Positions 10,736-20,745 of a DNA stretch of 35,803 nt are shown piece by piece. Both the position numbers and the translations under genes were made by a program. The stretch is taken from NCBI GenBank assembly GCA_001724265.1, contig MEDY01000314.1, positions 1 through 35,803 on the forward strand. The letters run 5' to 3'. The notes beneath the pieces were generated by a model. It saw only the letters and a list, made by a program, of their open reading frames with translations. It was not told the origin of the DNA and ran no database searches. This DNA is from Rhizaria sp. SCN 62-66 (lineage: Eukaryota). The first letter of the stretch is position 1. Every line of letters begins with the position of its first letter.

Positions 10736-13570
10736 TCACCACATCGCACTGCCTTTCATTGCCACTCCCGCGCCCTGGAGCCGCATGGCCGCGAGCATCT
10801 GTGGCAGCGAGAGCTGCGTCACCGCGCGCTCTTTGTTCGTGTCCATCAGCCGGAACACCGCCTTGCTCTTACTCTTGCTCCTGCTTTTGTGCTGGCTCTG
10901 GCTGCGGCTCATGCCAGCGCCGCTGCCGCTGCCACCGCTGAAGACGTCGCCGTCGGCCTCGCAGTCGGGCGCGGGCAGCGGCGCGGTGCCCACGGCCGCA
11001 GAGACGTCGGACGACACGGCCGCGCCCCACAGCCCCAACAGCACGCCCTCTGCAGTCGCGCTCGCGCTCGCGGTCGCGGTCGAGCTGCTGCGACCGGCGC
11101 TGTGAGCAGCTGGTACGAGGGGGAGTCCGGACCAGAGCTGGCACAGCGTCTCAGCGGCCGCAGCCACCGCGTCTGCGGTGACGCCGGCAGTAGCAGCTGC
11201 GCCCACTGTAGCAGCGGGCTGCAGCATAGCCGTGGCCGCGGCCGCGACGGCCGCGCTGCGGGGCGGCGCCGCGGCCCACGCCACGAGCCCCCCCGCGGCC
11301 TCGGCGGCGGCGTCCAGCCCCGCCTCGGCCCAGACGCGCGCGCCCAGCCAGGCCGCGAAGGCCGTCAGCAGACACAGAGGCGCGCTCGCGAGAGCTGCGC
11401 TCGCGGCGGCCGGCGCGGCGGCGGCCGGCGCGGCGGCGGCGGGGGGGTGTGAAGCGCTTTGGGGCTGCTTCTGCAAGAACATCGCCAGCATGCCCCTCTG
11501 CTGCAGCTGTTGCTGCTGCTGAGGCTTCGCCGCCGCTGCTGCTGCCGCCGCCGTCGTCGCCGCCTCCGCAGCGGCAGCTGCTGCAGCGCCGGTGGCCGCG
11601 GCGGCGAGTGTAACTGCAAGCGCGGCGAGCCACGCGTTCCGTAGCTCCGTGACGGCGACGAGCTTGATGGGCAGCAGCGTGCGCAGCTCCCAGCTCCGCC
11701 CCGGCCGCTGCAGCAACTGCCACGGCCGCGCCGGCAGCGGCGGCGGCGACGGCGACGGCAACGAGGACAGCCCTGAGTCGTCAGTAGAGTCACTACCGCC
11801 ACTGCCACTGCCACTGCGATGACACTGCGACTACGACTGGGAGAGCTCTTGCTGCTGAAGCTTTGGCCTTGGCTTCGGCGACTGCGCCTGTGGCCGGGGC
11901 ACCCGAGCGGTGACCGAGAGCGGACGCGTCGCCCGGTCGCAGTCGGCGAAGGACGTGAAGGCCAGCCAGAACGGGCTCCGGCGCAGCGCCTGCGCGCACT
12001 GCGCCCGCGACGGGGAGCCCTCGTGCGAGCGCAGATGCGAGCGCTGCTGCTGGCGCTGCTGCTGGTGCAGGAGCAAGGCTGACACCGGCGCAGCAGTCGT
12101 CGCGTCGCCCGCGTGCATCTCGCCGTCAGCATCGGCGTCAGCGTCAGCGTTGGCGTAGGCGTCGTCACTCATGCCAGAAGCAGCCGAGCGCTTGCTGCTT
12201 GCAACCTTCGAGTTCTGAGTAAAATACGACAGAAACATGGCTGATTGACTCGTTTTGCCCTTGTTGTCACTGTTCGCGCCGCCAACAGCGCTAAACATCG
12301 CGCCGTCGCCGGCATTATTGCTCTCGCTCGTTGTTACCAACGCTGAAGACGTTGATGCCGCCGCCGCAGCGGTCGCCGCAGCGTCGTCGTCCGTCGCGAG
12401 GCGCGCAAACAGGTCGTCGTCGATGGAGCCGCAGTCGCTGTGTTCGCAGTCGCTGCCGCCGGCGCTGCCGTCGTCGCCGTCGCCGTGGCCGTCGTCGTCG
12501 TCGTCGCTGTGCTGCGGCGGCTCGCGGTCGCAGCCGTCGCCGTGGCGGCAGCGGCGGCGGCGGCGGCGGGCGTGCGCAGCAAAGGCAGCAACGGCGGCGC
12601 CGGCAGCAGCCGCAGCGGCTGTTGCGGCAGCCGTCGCTGTCGCTGGCTGTGATTGTAAGTGTGATTGTAAGTGTGAGTGCGACTGCGGGTGCAAATGTAA
12701 GGGTGCGTGTAAGGGCGTCCGCAGCGCGCGAGACAGCGCCGCGGGCTCGGGCGTATACACAAGAGAGCCCTTGGTCACGACCGCTGGGAGTTGATGCTGC
12801 TGGTATGAATCGTTCTCGCTCGCACTCGAAGTCGCAGTCGCAGAGAAGTTAGCACTCGCGCTAGCACTCGCGCTGAATCTAGTACTCAGTGACTGCTGCT
12901 GCAGTAAATGTTGCGGTTGGAAAGGAGAAGAGGGGATGGCGAACGGCGAGTGTGTCTGCGACTGTGAGCGCGATAGCGAGCGCGTGTGCGACAGAGACGT
13001 CGACAACAGAAGTGACTGCGGCTGCAGCCCCTCCTTAGCATCAGCATCGTCCTCGTCGTCCTCCCGCATACTCACTGGCCGAGACATGGCGCCACCAGCG
13101 GCCGCAACTGCACCCGCGGCGGCCGCAGTGCTCGCGTAGGAGGAGGAGGCGGAGGCGGAGGCCGTGGCGGAGTGCGCGAGCGCGGCCGCAAGCGCTGCCC
13201 ACGACTGCTGCGCGCACGCACGGGGCCAGACCAGCGCGTCCAGCGCCGACACCGCACGCGACAGCGCCGCGGGGGATGACAAATGCGCTGCAACGGCTGC
13301 AGCAGCGGCAGACGCAAGAGCGACGACCGGCGAGGCGGATACAGTGGGGGTTGCGAGGGCAGACGCTGCAGCGAAGGCGGCGGCGGCGAGGTCGCTCTGC
13401 CAGGCGGAGACGGCTGCTGGAAGCGACAGCGCGGCGGGGGCAGCGGGGCCAAAAGGAAGTGCCGGTGATAGCTCAGCGCTGGTACGCTTGGAGCGTGTTG
13501 CGGACTGTGGCGTGCGGCCGGAGGCGCGGAACTGAGAGGGCTCGGCGCCCGCAGCGGGGCCGAACTGCAT
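10736..13570 (-). CDS. Hypothetical protein, ~944 aa, single exon, with an in-frame TAG at 11833-11831
   Basis: ORFs 11831..13594 and 10736..11761 share a frame and are separated only by one TAG (ELSQS*SQCHRSGSGSGG). There is no AT-rich spacer or intron signal between them. ATG at 13570; TGA at 10738-10736. Confidence 0.75.
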
Positions 13571-14374
13571 CACACTATAGCGCAACCGGATCAAAAATTT
13601 AGAAAGAGTATATCAGGCATTAAGTGAGTCACCGTTAATTGACTCTATTCGTAAGCGCAAAATCTTATCATAACGATGGTGGACGGAAATACAGGGGCCT
13701 GATAGTCGTCTTCTTGATGGCGCGCTTCGACGCGCGACCACAAAGCAAAAACGCTTCTTTGAGAGACGAAGTTTCGCAAGATCCAGCGGTGGCATTTCAT
13801 CGTCATGAAGCCGTGATTTCTTGCAGTGATGTTTGCCAGTGGGTTATATCTCTGTATGCAATACCACGCGCTTCATGGCGCGGTGTACCGACTGGGATGC
13901 GGGCATAAGAAGAAGTATCGCGAAGTGGGGGCGACGGCTGGCACTCGCCTCTCTCTCGATCAACTTCATTTTTGTATATTTCTGCGTGCAGTCGTCATAA
14001 CAGTCGCTGAATAGCGTACTAGACTTTAATTTGCCACACGTTCTGTTGGATTTTAAATTGTACACTTGCTTGCAATGGATCGCAACACATGTAATATCTC
14101 CTTTCATGTTGGGGTCGGAGCTTTATTGACCCAGCTCAGATCCTCTTTCGTCTTGTTTACCCTGCTTCGGGAACACATTCTCTCACCAAGAAGTTTAATG
14201 TAGAAATACTTTCTCATGACTTCAATCTCAAAACTATGTTAAAACGTCATTTTTACGTCTCTTATCGCCAAAAATCTCTCTTCCAATTTCCACCTCCTCC
14301 TTTCGTCCTCTTCGTTCAACTCGGCAACAAATGTATTCTCGTGTATACTTGTGCCCTTTGTGCAGCGCATCCGG
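13571..14374. promoter_or_regulatory. Divergent intergenic region (promoters and 5' UTRs of two genes)
   Basis: AT-rich spacer between start codons at 13570 (-) and 14375 (+). Confidence 0.4.
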
Positions 14375-16530
14375 ATGAGTTTCCTCGCCGAGTCGATCGA
14401 CTCCGCGTGTGCGGGTAAGCGCCCCGTGCGCATCATTGCGGAGACCCTGCTCATCGCCGGCGCCGTCAAGCTCGCTGCCTCGCTCTTCCGCCGCGTCCGC
14501 CGCCGCGGCCTCAAGGCCACTCTGACCGGGCTCGCGCTCTCCACGGCCGCGGCCGTCCCCGGCGGCGGCTCCGCCGTCTCGGCCTCGATCGCCTCCACGA
14601 TGCGCAAGTCGATGATCCCAGCGGCCGTGCTGGCCGAGGCCGTGAACCACGACCTCCCGGCCGAGGGCGTCCCCGCCGCCGAGCTCCTCGCTAAGCTAAA
14701 GACCTGGGCCGGCGACGAGAAGGCGCTTTGGGGCGCGGGGCGCGCGTCGGGCGCCATCTACCACGGCGGTGAGGAGCTGCTCCGCACGCTCACTGAGGCC
14801 TACACCATGTTTGCGCTCAGTAACCCGCTCCACCCCGACCTTTTCCCCTGGGTTCGCAAGATGGAGGCTGAGGTCGTCCGCATGACCTGGTACGTTCCGA
14901 CCACTTCGTCGATAATATAGCACTCTCTGGTCAGTTTATTGTTGCATTACCGTTATAACTGTGTATGCCTCGTCTGTTTGTCGCTCTTAATGGTGACACA
15001 ACTCTTTAGTACTCTTACTCTTGACCACAAACGTGACACCAACCTGACACACACTATCACTCATGTTTTCACTTCCCCCTTGCCACCGCTCCTGCGCCTC
15101 TGTCTGGCCGCCGCAGCTCTCTGTTCAACGGCGGGCCCGAGACGTGCGGCTCGATGACCTCGGGCGGCACCGAGTCGATTCTGATGGCGATGAAGGCTTA
15201 CCGCGACCGCGCGCTGGACGAGCGCGGCATCACCGCGCCCGAGCTCATCGTGTGCCGCACCGCGCACGCCGCCTTTGACAAGGCCGCCGCGTACTTCCGC
15301 ATTAAGCTCGTGCAGCTCGAGGCGGACCCGGTGACGCAGACGCTGCCGCCGGCTGCCGTGCGCGCGGCTCTGACGGCCAACACCATCGCCATCGCGGCCT
15401 CGGCGCCGACCTTCCCGCACGGCGCCGTGGACCCCGTGCCCGAGCTGGCCGCCATCGCCGCCGCCGCGGGCGTGGGGCTCCACGTTGACTGCTGCCTGGG
15501 CTCCTTCGTCGTGCCCTTCGCGCGCGCCGCCGGCGCCGACATCCCCGCCTTCGACTTCTCGGTGCCCGGCGTGACGTCCATCAGCGCCGACACGCACAAG
15601 TACGGCTTCGCGCCTAAGGGCTCGTCGGTGGTGATGTTTGCGTCGCCCGCGCTGCGCCGCCACATGTACTACGTCACCACGAGCTGGGTCGGCGGCATCT
15701 ACGCCTCGCCCACCATTACCGGCTCCCGCGCCGGCGCGCTCGTCGCGGCCACGTGGGCCGCGCTTATGTGCGTCGGCCGCAAGGGCTACCGTGAGGCCGC
15801 GGAAAAGATGCTGGGCGTGGCGGCGCAGCTGCGCGCGGGCATCCCGCGCATCCCGGGGCTCAAAGTCGTCGGCAAGAGCGCGCTGACCGTGGTGGCCTTC
15901 ACGGTCGACGAGAGCAGCCCCGACAGCAAGGACCGCGAGGGCGGCAACATCACCGTGTACAAGGTGTCGCAGGCCATGAACAAGCTCTTCCACTGGCACC
16001 TCAACTCGCTGCAGGCGCCCGCCGCCGCGCACCTCTGCGTCACCTGGGCCAACCACGAGACAGCGCGCGACGCGTTCCTCCGCGTACGTATTGCAACATT
16101 ATATTCAAATATGCACACTTATGGCACATCTATCGTCGATACAACGCTGTTCTTTGTATTGATCCAAGAATAACGAATAGCTTTAAGTTGAGACTTTAAC
16201 TTAAAGCGTTCTTCCTCCTTCTGTTATTCACCACCACTTATCTCACACGAAATCTCATCTTTTTTTCTCCTTCACTTTTATTTATGCTACCACGATTTAC
16301 AGGACCTTGCCGCCGCTGTGGAGGCCGTGCGCGAGCGCCCCGGCGACTTCGCGGGCGGCTCTGCCCAGATTTACGGCTACGCCGAGGCGCTGGGCGGCGA
16401 CGACGGGCCCGCGGACAAGGACGCCCAGGAGGGCTCCGGCAAGACGGGCGCCGGCGGCGACACCGGGCTCCTCGCAGACTTTGCGCGCGCGTACATTGAC
16501 GTCCTTACCTACGTTCCCGACAGGACCTAA
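14375..16530 (+). CDS. SGPL1: Sphingosine-1-phosphate lyase (PLP-dependent, group II decarboxylase fold); exons 14375-14889, 15117-16083 and 16303-16530, ~569 aa
   Basis: [78 protein letters not shown]-lysine motif [23 protein letters not shown] and AQIYG. Hydrophobic N-terminal segment. Ends in TAA. Confidence 0.95.
14890..15116 (+). other. Spliceosomal intron (227 nt)
   Basis: GTACGT...ccgCAG. Splicing restores MTC-SLFNG. Confidence 0.92.
16084..16302 (+). other. Spliceosomal intron (219 nt)
   Basis: GTACGT...tttaCAG, phase 0, gives AFLR|DLAAAV. Confidence 0.92.
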
Positions 16531-17148
16531 GTCAGTCATCAGCTCGGAAAGAAAAGCGAGGGCTAATGGAGAGGCGCTGCGCTGTGAGTCAATTCGTTTG
16601 ACACAATCGAGCGATATGCGCAGTGTACTTGGGGCTGGAGGTCTGAATGATCCTTATTATCTGTTTCCTTTTGTTACGCGTGTGTTTTGTTTTTGTTTTA
16701 AGCAATTATACACATCAATCAAGTCAATATTCTAATTTTTTTTAGCTCAATAATCTCGTTCGTGATCGTAAATCGCGCGGCTTCACTTTTTTTTTCGGTC
16801 CTTGGTCCGCTCCGTCCGCTCCGTTCGTCCGTTGATGCCCATCGAGCGAGACGTTTGGAAGTGAATATGGCACCCAAGGCCGTCTTTGTTTGAAGTGTAA
16901 TTTTACGAGAATACTGCAATTGCTGTATATATTCGTGCCATACGAACTGCTTTTTATTTGACGACTCACCACCTGCGAACATTACGATTCTTTGCGTCCC
17001 ACAGCGGCTAGTACCCACCCCCGAGTCTGATCTCAAAGCAACCTCTGCCAAGAGCCCTGTCTCAGCTCTCCGCAGCTCTTTGGCCGTTGTCGTCACTCGG
17101 TCCTTGCTCCACTACCCTGCGGCTAGCCCTTTTCCTGCCACAGCCCTG

Positions 17149-17385
17149 ATGTTCTCTTTCGGCGCCAAGCCCGCCGCGCCCGCGGCTGCGCCCGCTGCCG
17201 GTGGCTTCAAGTTTGCGGCCGCGCCCACCGCCGCCGCCACTGCGCCCGCTGCCGCGCCTGCCGCCGGTGGCTTCTCTTTTGCCGCTAAGCCGGCCGCGGC
17301 CCCCGCAGCCGGCGGCTTCTCGTTCGCTGCCAAGCCCGCCGCGCCCGGCGCGGCCGGTGGCTTTTCCTTCGGTGCCAAGCCCGCT
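17149..17385 (+). repeat. Five degenerate FG-nucleoporin-type repeats (GGFSFAAKPAA)
   Basis: Units MFSFGAKP, GGFKFAAAP, GGFSFAAKP (x2) and GGFSFGAKP separated by Ala/Pro spacers. Confidence 0.85.
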
Positions 17386-18520
17386 ACTGGCCTCGCCGGC
17401 GCCGCCGTGCCCGCCGCGCCGGCCGTGGCCACCGCGGGCGTGCCGCTGCCCTCCGGCGCCATTCCCAGCGCGACGCTGCACAACCCCGCGGCCAGTGACC
17501 CGCTGATCGACCGTATTAACGCCATCTCTCGCGCGCTCGACCTCGCCTCCTCGCACTGCCGCCTGCAGACGGTGCTCTACAACAAGACCAACCCGGCGTT
17601 CCTGTCGCAGGTCGTCAAGCCGCCGCACGCGGACGCCGCCGTGTGGGCGCGCGGCGTGGCCGCGAACCCGGACCCGACGACGCTGGCGCCCTGTCTCGTG
17701 GTGGGCTTCCCCGACCTCGAGCGCAGGCTCGGAGAGCACCACAAGGCCGTCCAGTACGTTCCGCACGAATTATAACGCGTTGAGGATCCATGTTATTTAC
17801 GTGGTATATATGTGTGTGTCTTTGTGTGGTATAACTATTTTAATCATAGAACAGGTCACCAACCTCAGCCTTCGTATAAGCCATCAGCCTCTGTCTTACT
17901 TTATTATTATTTTGTGACGAAACATGCATTGATGTGTTCTTTATCTCACGGTATCTTTTTACTTGATGTGCCTGCCCCTAACCTGTTATCTCTCTCTCTT
18001 GCTCAGGACTCACCTGGACGCGCTCGCGGCGACCGGCGAGCGCGTGGACGCGATGCGGCTGACGCAGCAGCGCCACGAGGCCGAGCTGGACCGCCTGCGC
18101 TCGACGGCGGCGGCGCTCTCGCAGCGCGTGCTGCGCGTCGCCAGCCAGGCCGACCTGCTGCGCGCGCGCGGCGTGCCGTTGGCGCCCACGGAGCTGGACC
18201 TGCTGGCCAAGCTCGAGCGCATTGACGCCGAAGTCTCGGGCCCCGGCTCGCGCCTGACCGCGCGCGTCGCCGACGCCAGCGCCCGCGTGGCCGCGACCCG
18301 CGACCGGACGGCCACCGACGCCGGCGGGGCCGCGGCGCAGGGCACGCTGGGTGGCGGCGAGCAGGCCGCGGCTGCCGCGGTGGTTGCCGGCGTAGCGGGC
18401 GCCGCGGGAGCCGCGCTGGAGACGCAGCGCCAGCTCGTCGAGGAGCTCGTGTGCGAGACGGCGCTGGTCAAGGCCGACGTGGCCGCCGCCGTGCGCGTGC
18501 TTGAGGCCGGCCGTCGCTGA
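17149..18520 (+). CDS. NUP54: Nucleoporin Nup54/Nup57-like; exons 17149-17753 and 18007-18520, ~372 aa
   Basis: N-terminal FxF(G/A) repeats, then CRLQTVLYN...KPPHADAAVWARGVAANPDPTTLAPCLVVGFPDLERR, then a coiled-coil region with LSQRVLRV...LRARGVPLAPTELDL. This is typical Nup54 architecture. Ends in TGA. Confidence 0.88.
17754..18006 (+). other. Spliceosomal intron (253 nt)
   Basis: GTACGT...tctctctcttgctCAG, phase 2 (CA|G), frame-preserving. Confidence 0.9.
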
Positions 18521-19013
18521 AGCGGCTGAACTACAACGCTTCATCATAACCCTGAGTCGGCAATCAACAATGAAAAGTGTGCCTGTGAATAGCAAAGAGC
18601 GCGAGCGAGCAGTGATCAGCAAGTGATGTTATCGACTGACTGACTGCAATTTGGTGTAAGCTTATCAAAACGCAGTGTGTGTGGTCTATAAGTATGTCAG
18701 CGGGCCAAAGTGTAATAACAAACGTCTCACAGGTATTGTGAGGTTTAATAAAATTAATGTTTTACATCGATCTTTAGATTGATAATTGTGTTGTATTGTT
18801 TTATTCTTTCGTTTACACCAAAGTTAGTAAGCGTGTGTGAAAGACACTCCGTTTTTAGTGGCGCGTATTTTGCTTGTTGATTACTATTTATACAAACGCT
18901 CTTGCGCTATTACGCTCAAATACATTGTACATGAAACTTTACATGGACACCTACTAGTCAAATACTACTGCTATATTTAACATCGGCAATACTGTCAAAT
19001 GTGTGCGTTTTGC

Positions 19014-19802
19014 TTAGAACACGGTGGCAAAGACGCCCTTATGTCCCTCGACAGGAGCGCCGCTGCTGCCGCTGCCGCTCCCGCCGGCGTTTCCGCCGCT
19101 GCCGCTGTCGGCGTCGTCGTCGTCCGAGTCGGCAGGCGGCTCCTCCTCGTGCGCGGGTCGGTAATAGAGACTCGCGTTCTGCGTCGCCTGCTCGAACTCA
19201 AGCCGCTCCTGGGGAAGGGCAGAAAATAAGAATTGCAAAGGAAACGAAGCACAGTGAGCATTATATAAAAAGATTCTGAACATACGTCAAATGTGACTCA
19301 ACAGACAAATGGTCTTGGTTCGAACACCAACCCAACGACATCAAATTGCTTTGCGACTCCGTGTGTCAGTCAATAAATCCATCAAAACAGCAAGAGTGCC
19401 AGTGATAGCGATGTGTCGAGTACGTACCTGGCGCTTCTTGGTCTCGTCCGCAACGTCGGCGTAAAGGTTATCGAAGATGAGCCGCCGCACGTTCTCGTCC
19501 TGGACGTCGGTGGCGCGGGTCTGCGCGGCCGAGAGCTGCTCCTTGACGCCGGCGTCGAGGTCGTAAAGCGCCATCTGCTCCATCTGTTGCAGCGCCGTCA
19601 GAGCGTCCGTCTCGACGCCGCGCATGAGCGTGGAAGCCTTGGCCGCGGCGAGCGCGGCCTCGGCCTCGGCGGCCGTCACGCGCTTGAGCACCGACTCGTG
19701 CAGCACGCGGGCCTCGCGCGCGATGTGCGTCTGCTGGCGGTCCAGCGACGTCGCCGTCGCGGACGCGGGCGCCGACGAGGAAACGGAGGACGGGGACGAC
19801 AT
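19014..19802 (-). CDS. Hypothetical helical/coiled-coil protein; exons 19802-19428 and 19208-19014, ~189 aa
   Basis: Two GC-rich blocks joined in frame by a canonical intron (ETKKRQ|ERLEFEQ). Ends in TAA. No family recognised. Confidence 0.8.
19209..19427 (-). other. Spliceosomal intron (219 nt)
   Basis: GTACGT...ttctgcccttccCAG on the minus strand, phase 0. Confidence 0.88.
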
Positions 19803-20745
19803 GGGGGCGGTCAGAGGATTATCGAGTGCGATAACTCGGGGCTGTGACAACGGTGGATACGGGCGGGACCGACTGGGAGCTGTTTGCTGTGGGTCGAAAC
19901 GACAAAGTGCAGCGCAGGACGGTGAAAGCACAGCGAGGTGTAGTAAGGTCCTGGTAAAGCCTATCAGGTCTAATACGCTGTGGCGGGGCGGGGTAACTTC
20001 AGATATTGGATGTGGAGCGCCGGACGGATGCGAAGGAAAGGTGGGGTGAAGCGAAGAACAGTGAGAGAATGATATAGCAGCGAGCGCACAGAAGAGTCAC
20101 ATGAGGGTTTCAAGACGTAGAAATTTGACTATGAAAGAAAATAATAGGTATATGTGTGGTAGTGGTCTCCTGTTTGAAATTGACGCTCGCAAGTGCCGTA
20201 GTCTATCCGTGTTGAAAGGAGGCTGGGTACTGGGCCAAAGCAACCATGGTGACCGTGGGATGGTGGGCTACAGTGGTCGAAGAGCTTCGGTTGGCGTGGG
20301 AGTCCGATCTGCGGGTAGTTGCCACGATGCAGTGTGACCGACAGCTGCAATTTAATAGTGTCAGCGAACTATATCCTTTTTTCTTAAACTGCATACTCTT
20401 TTTATCATTTCTAAAGCTTTCTTTGGCCTCCGCCAACTGCACTTGCCGATACCCCGCTCACACTTGATCTATCCCCAACTCATTCCCTCCACTCCCCGCC
20501 GTGCTGCGCGCCACCATCGCATTACTTCACAATATTTCTTCCGCTCCCTCTACAGCGCACTTTAAGACACGCGGCTTGCACTGTCTTGTCGCGCATCAGC
20601 TTCTCTACACTCGCATCACTCTCTTCCCCGCTCGCGCCCGCCCTCGCGTCCCTCAGGCCAGCACTCCGCGGCGCAGCGCGTTGCGTCTATCGCGGCCCCC
20701 AGCGCTGCCCGCGCCTACCCCTCCCGGCCCGTCCGCCGCTGGCCC
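19803..20745. promoter_or_regulatory. Divergent intergenic region and 5' UTRs
   Basis: Spacer with an AT-rich core between start codons at 19802 (-) and 20746 (+). Confidence 0.35.

Noticed and set aside
12648-12671. 12-nt tandem duplication tgtgattgtaag x2
   Set aside because: Simple in-frame coding duplication (LQSH x2) with no sign of a separate element.
13700-13890. GGCGCG (E2F-like) motifs in the divergent spacer
   Set aside because: Too short and too frequent at this base composition to support a regulatory call.
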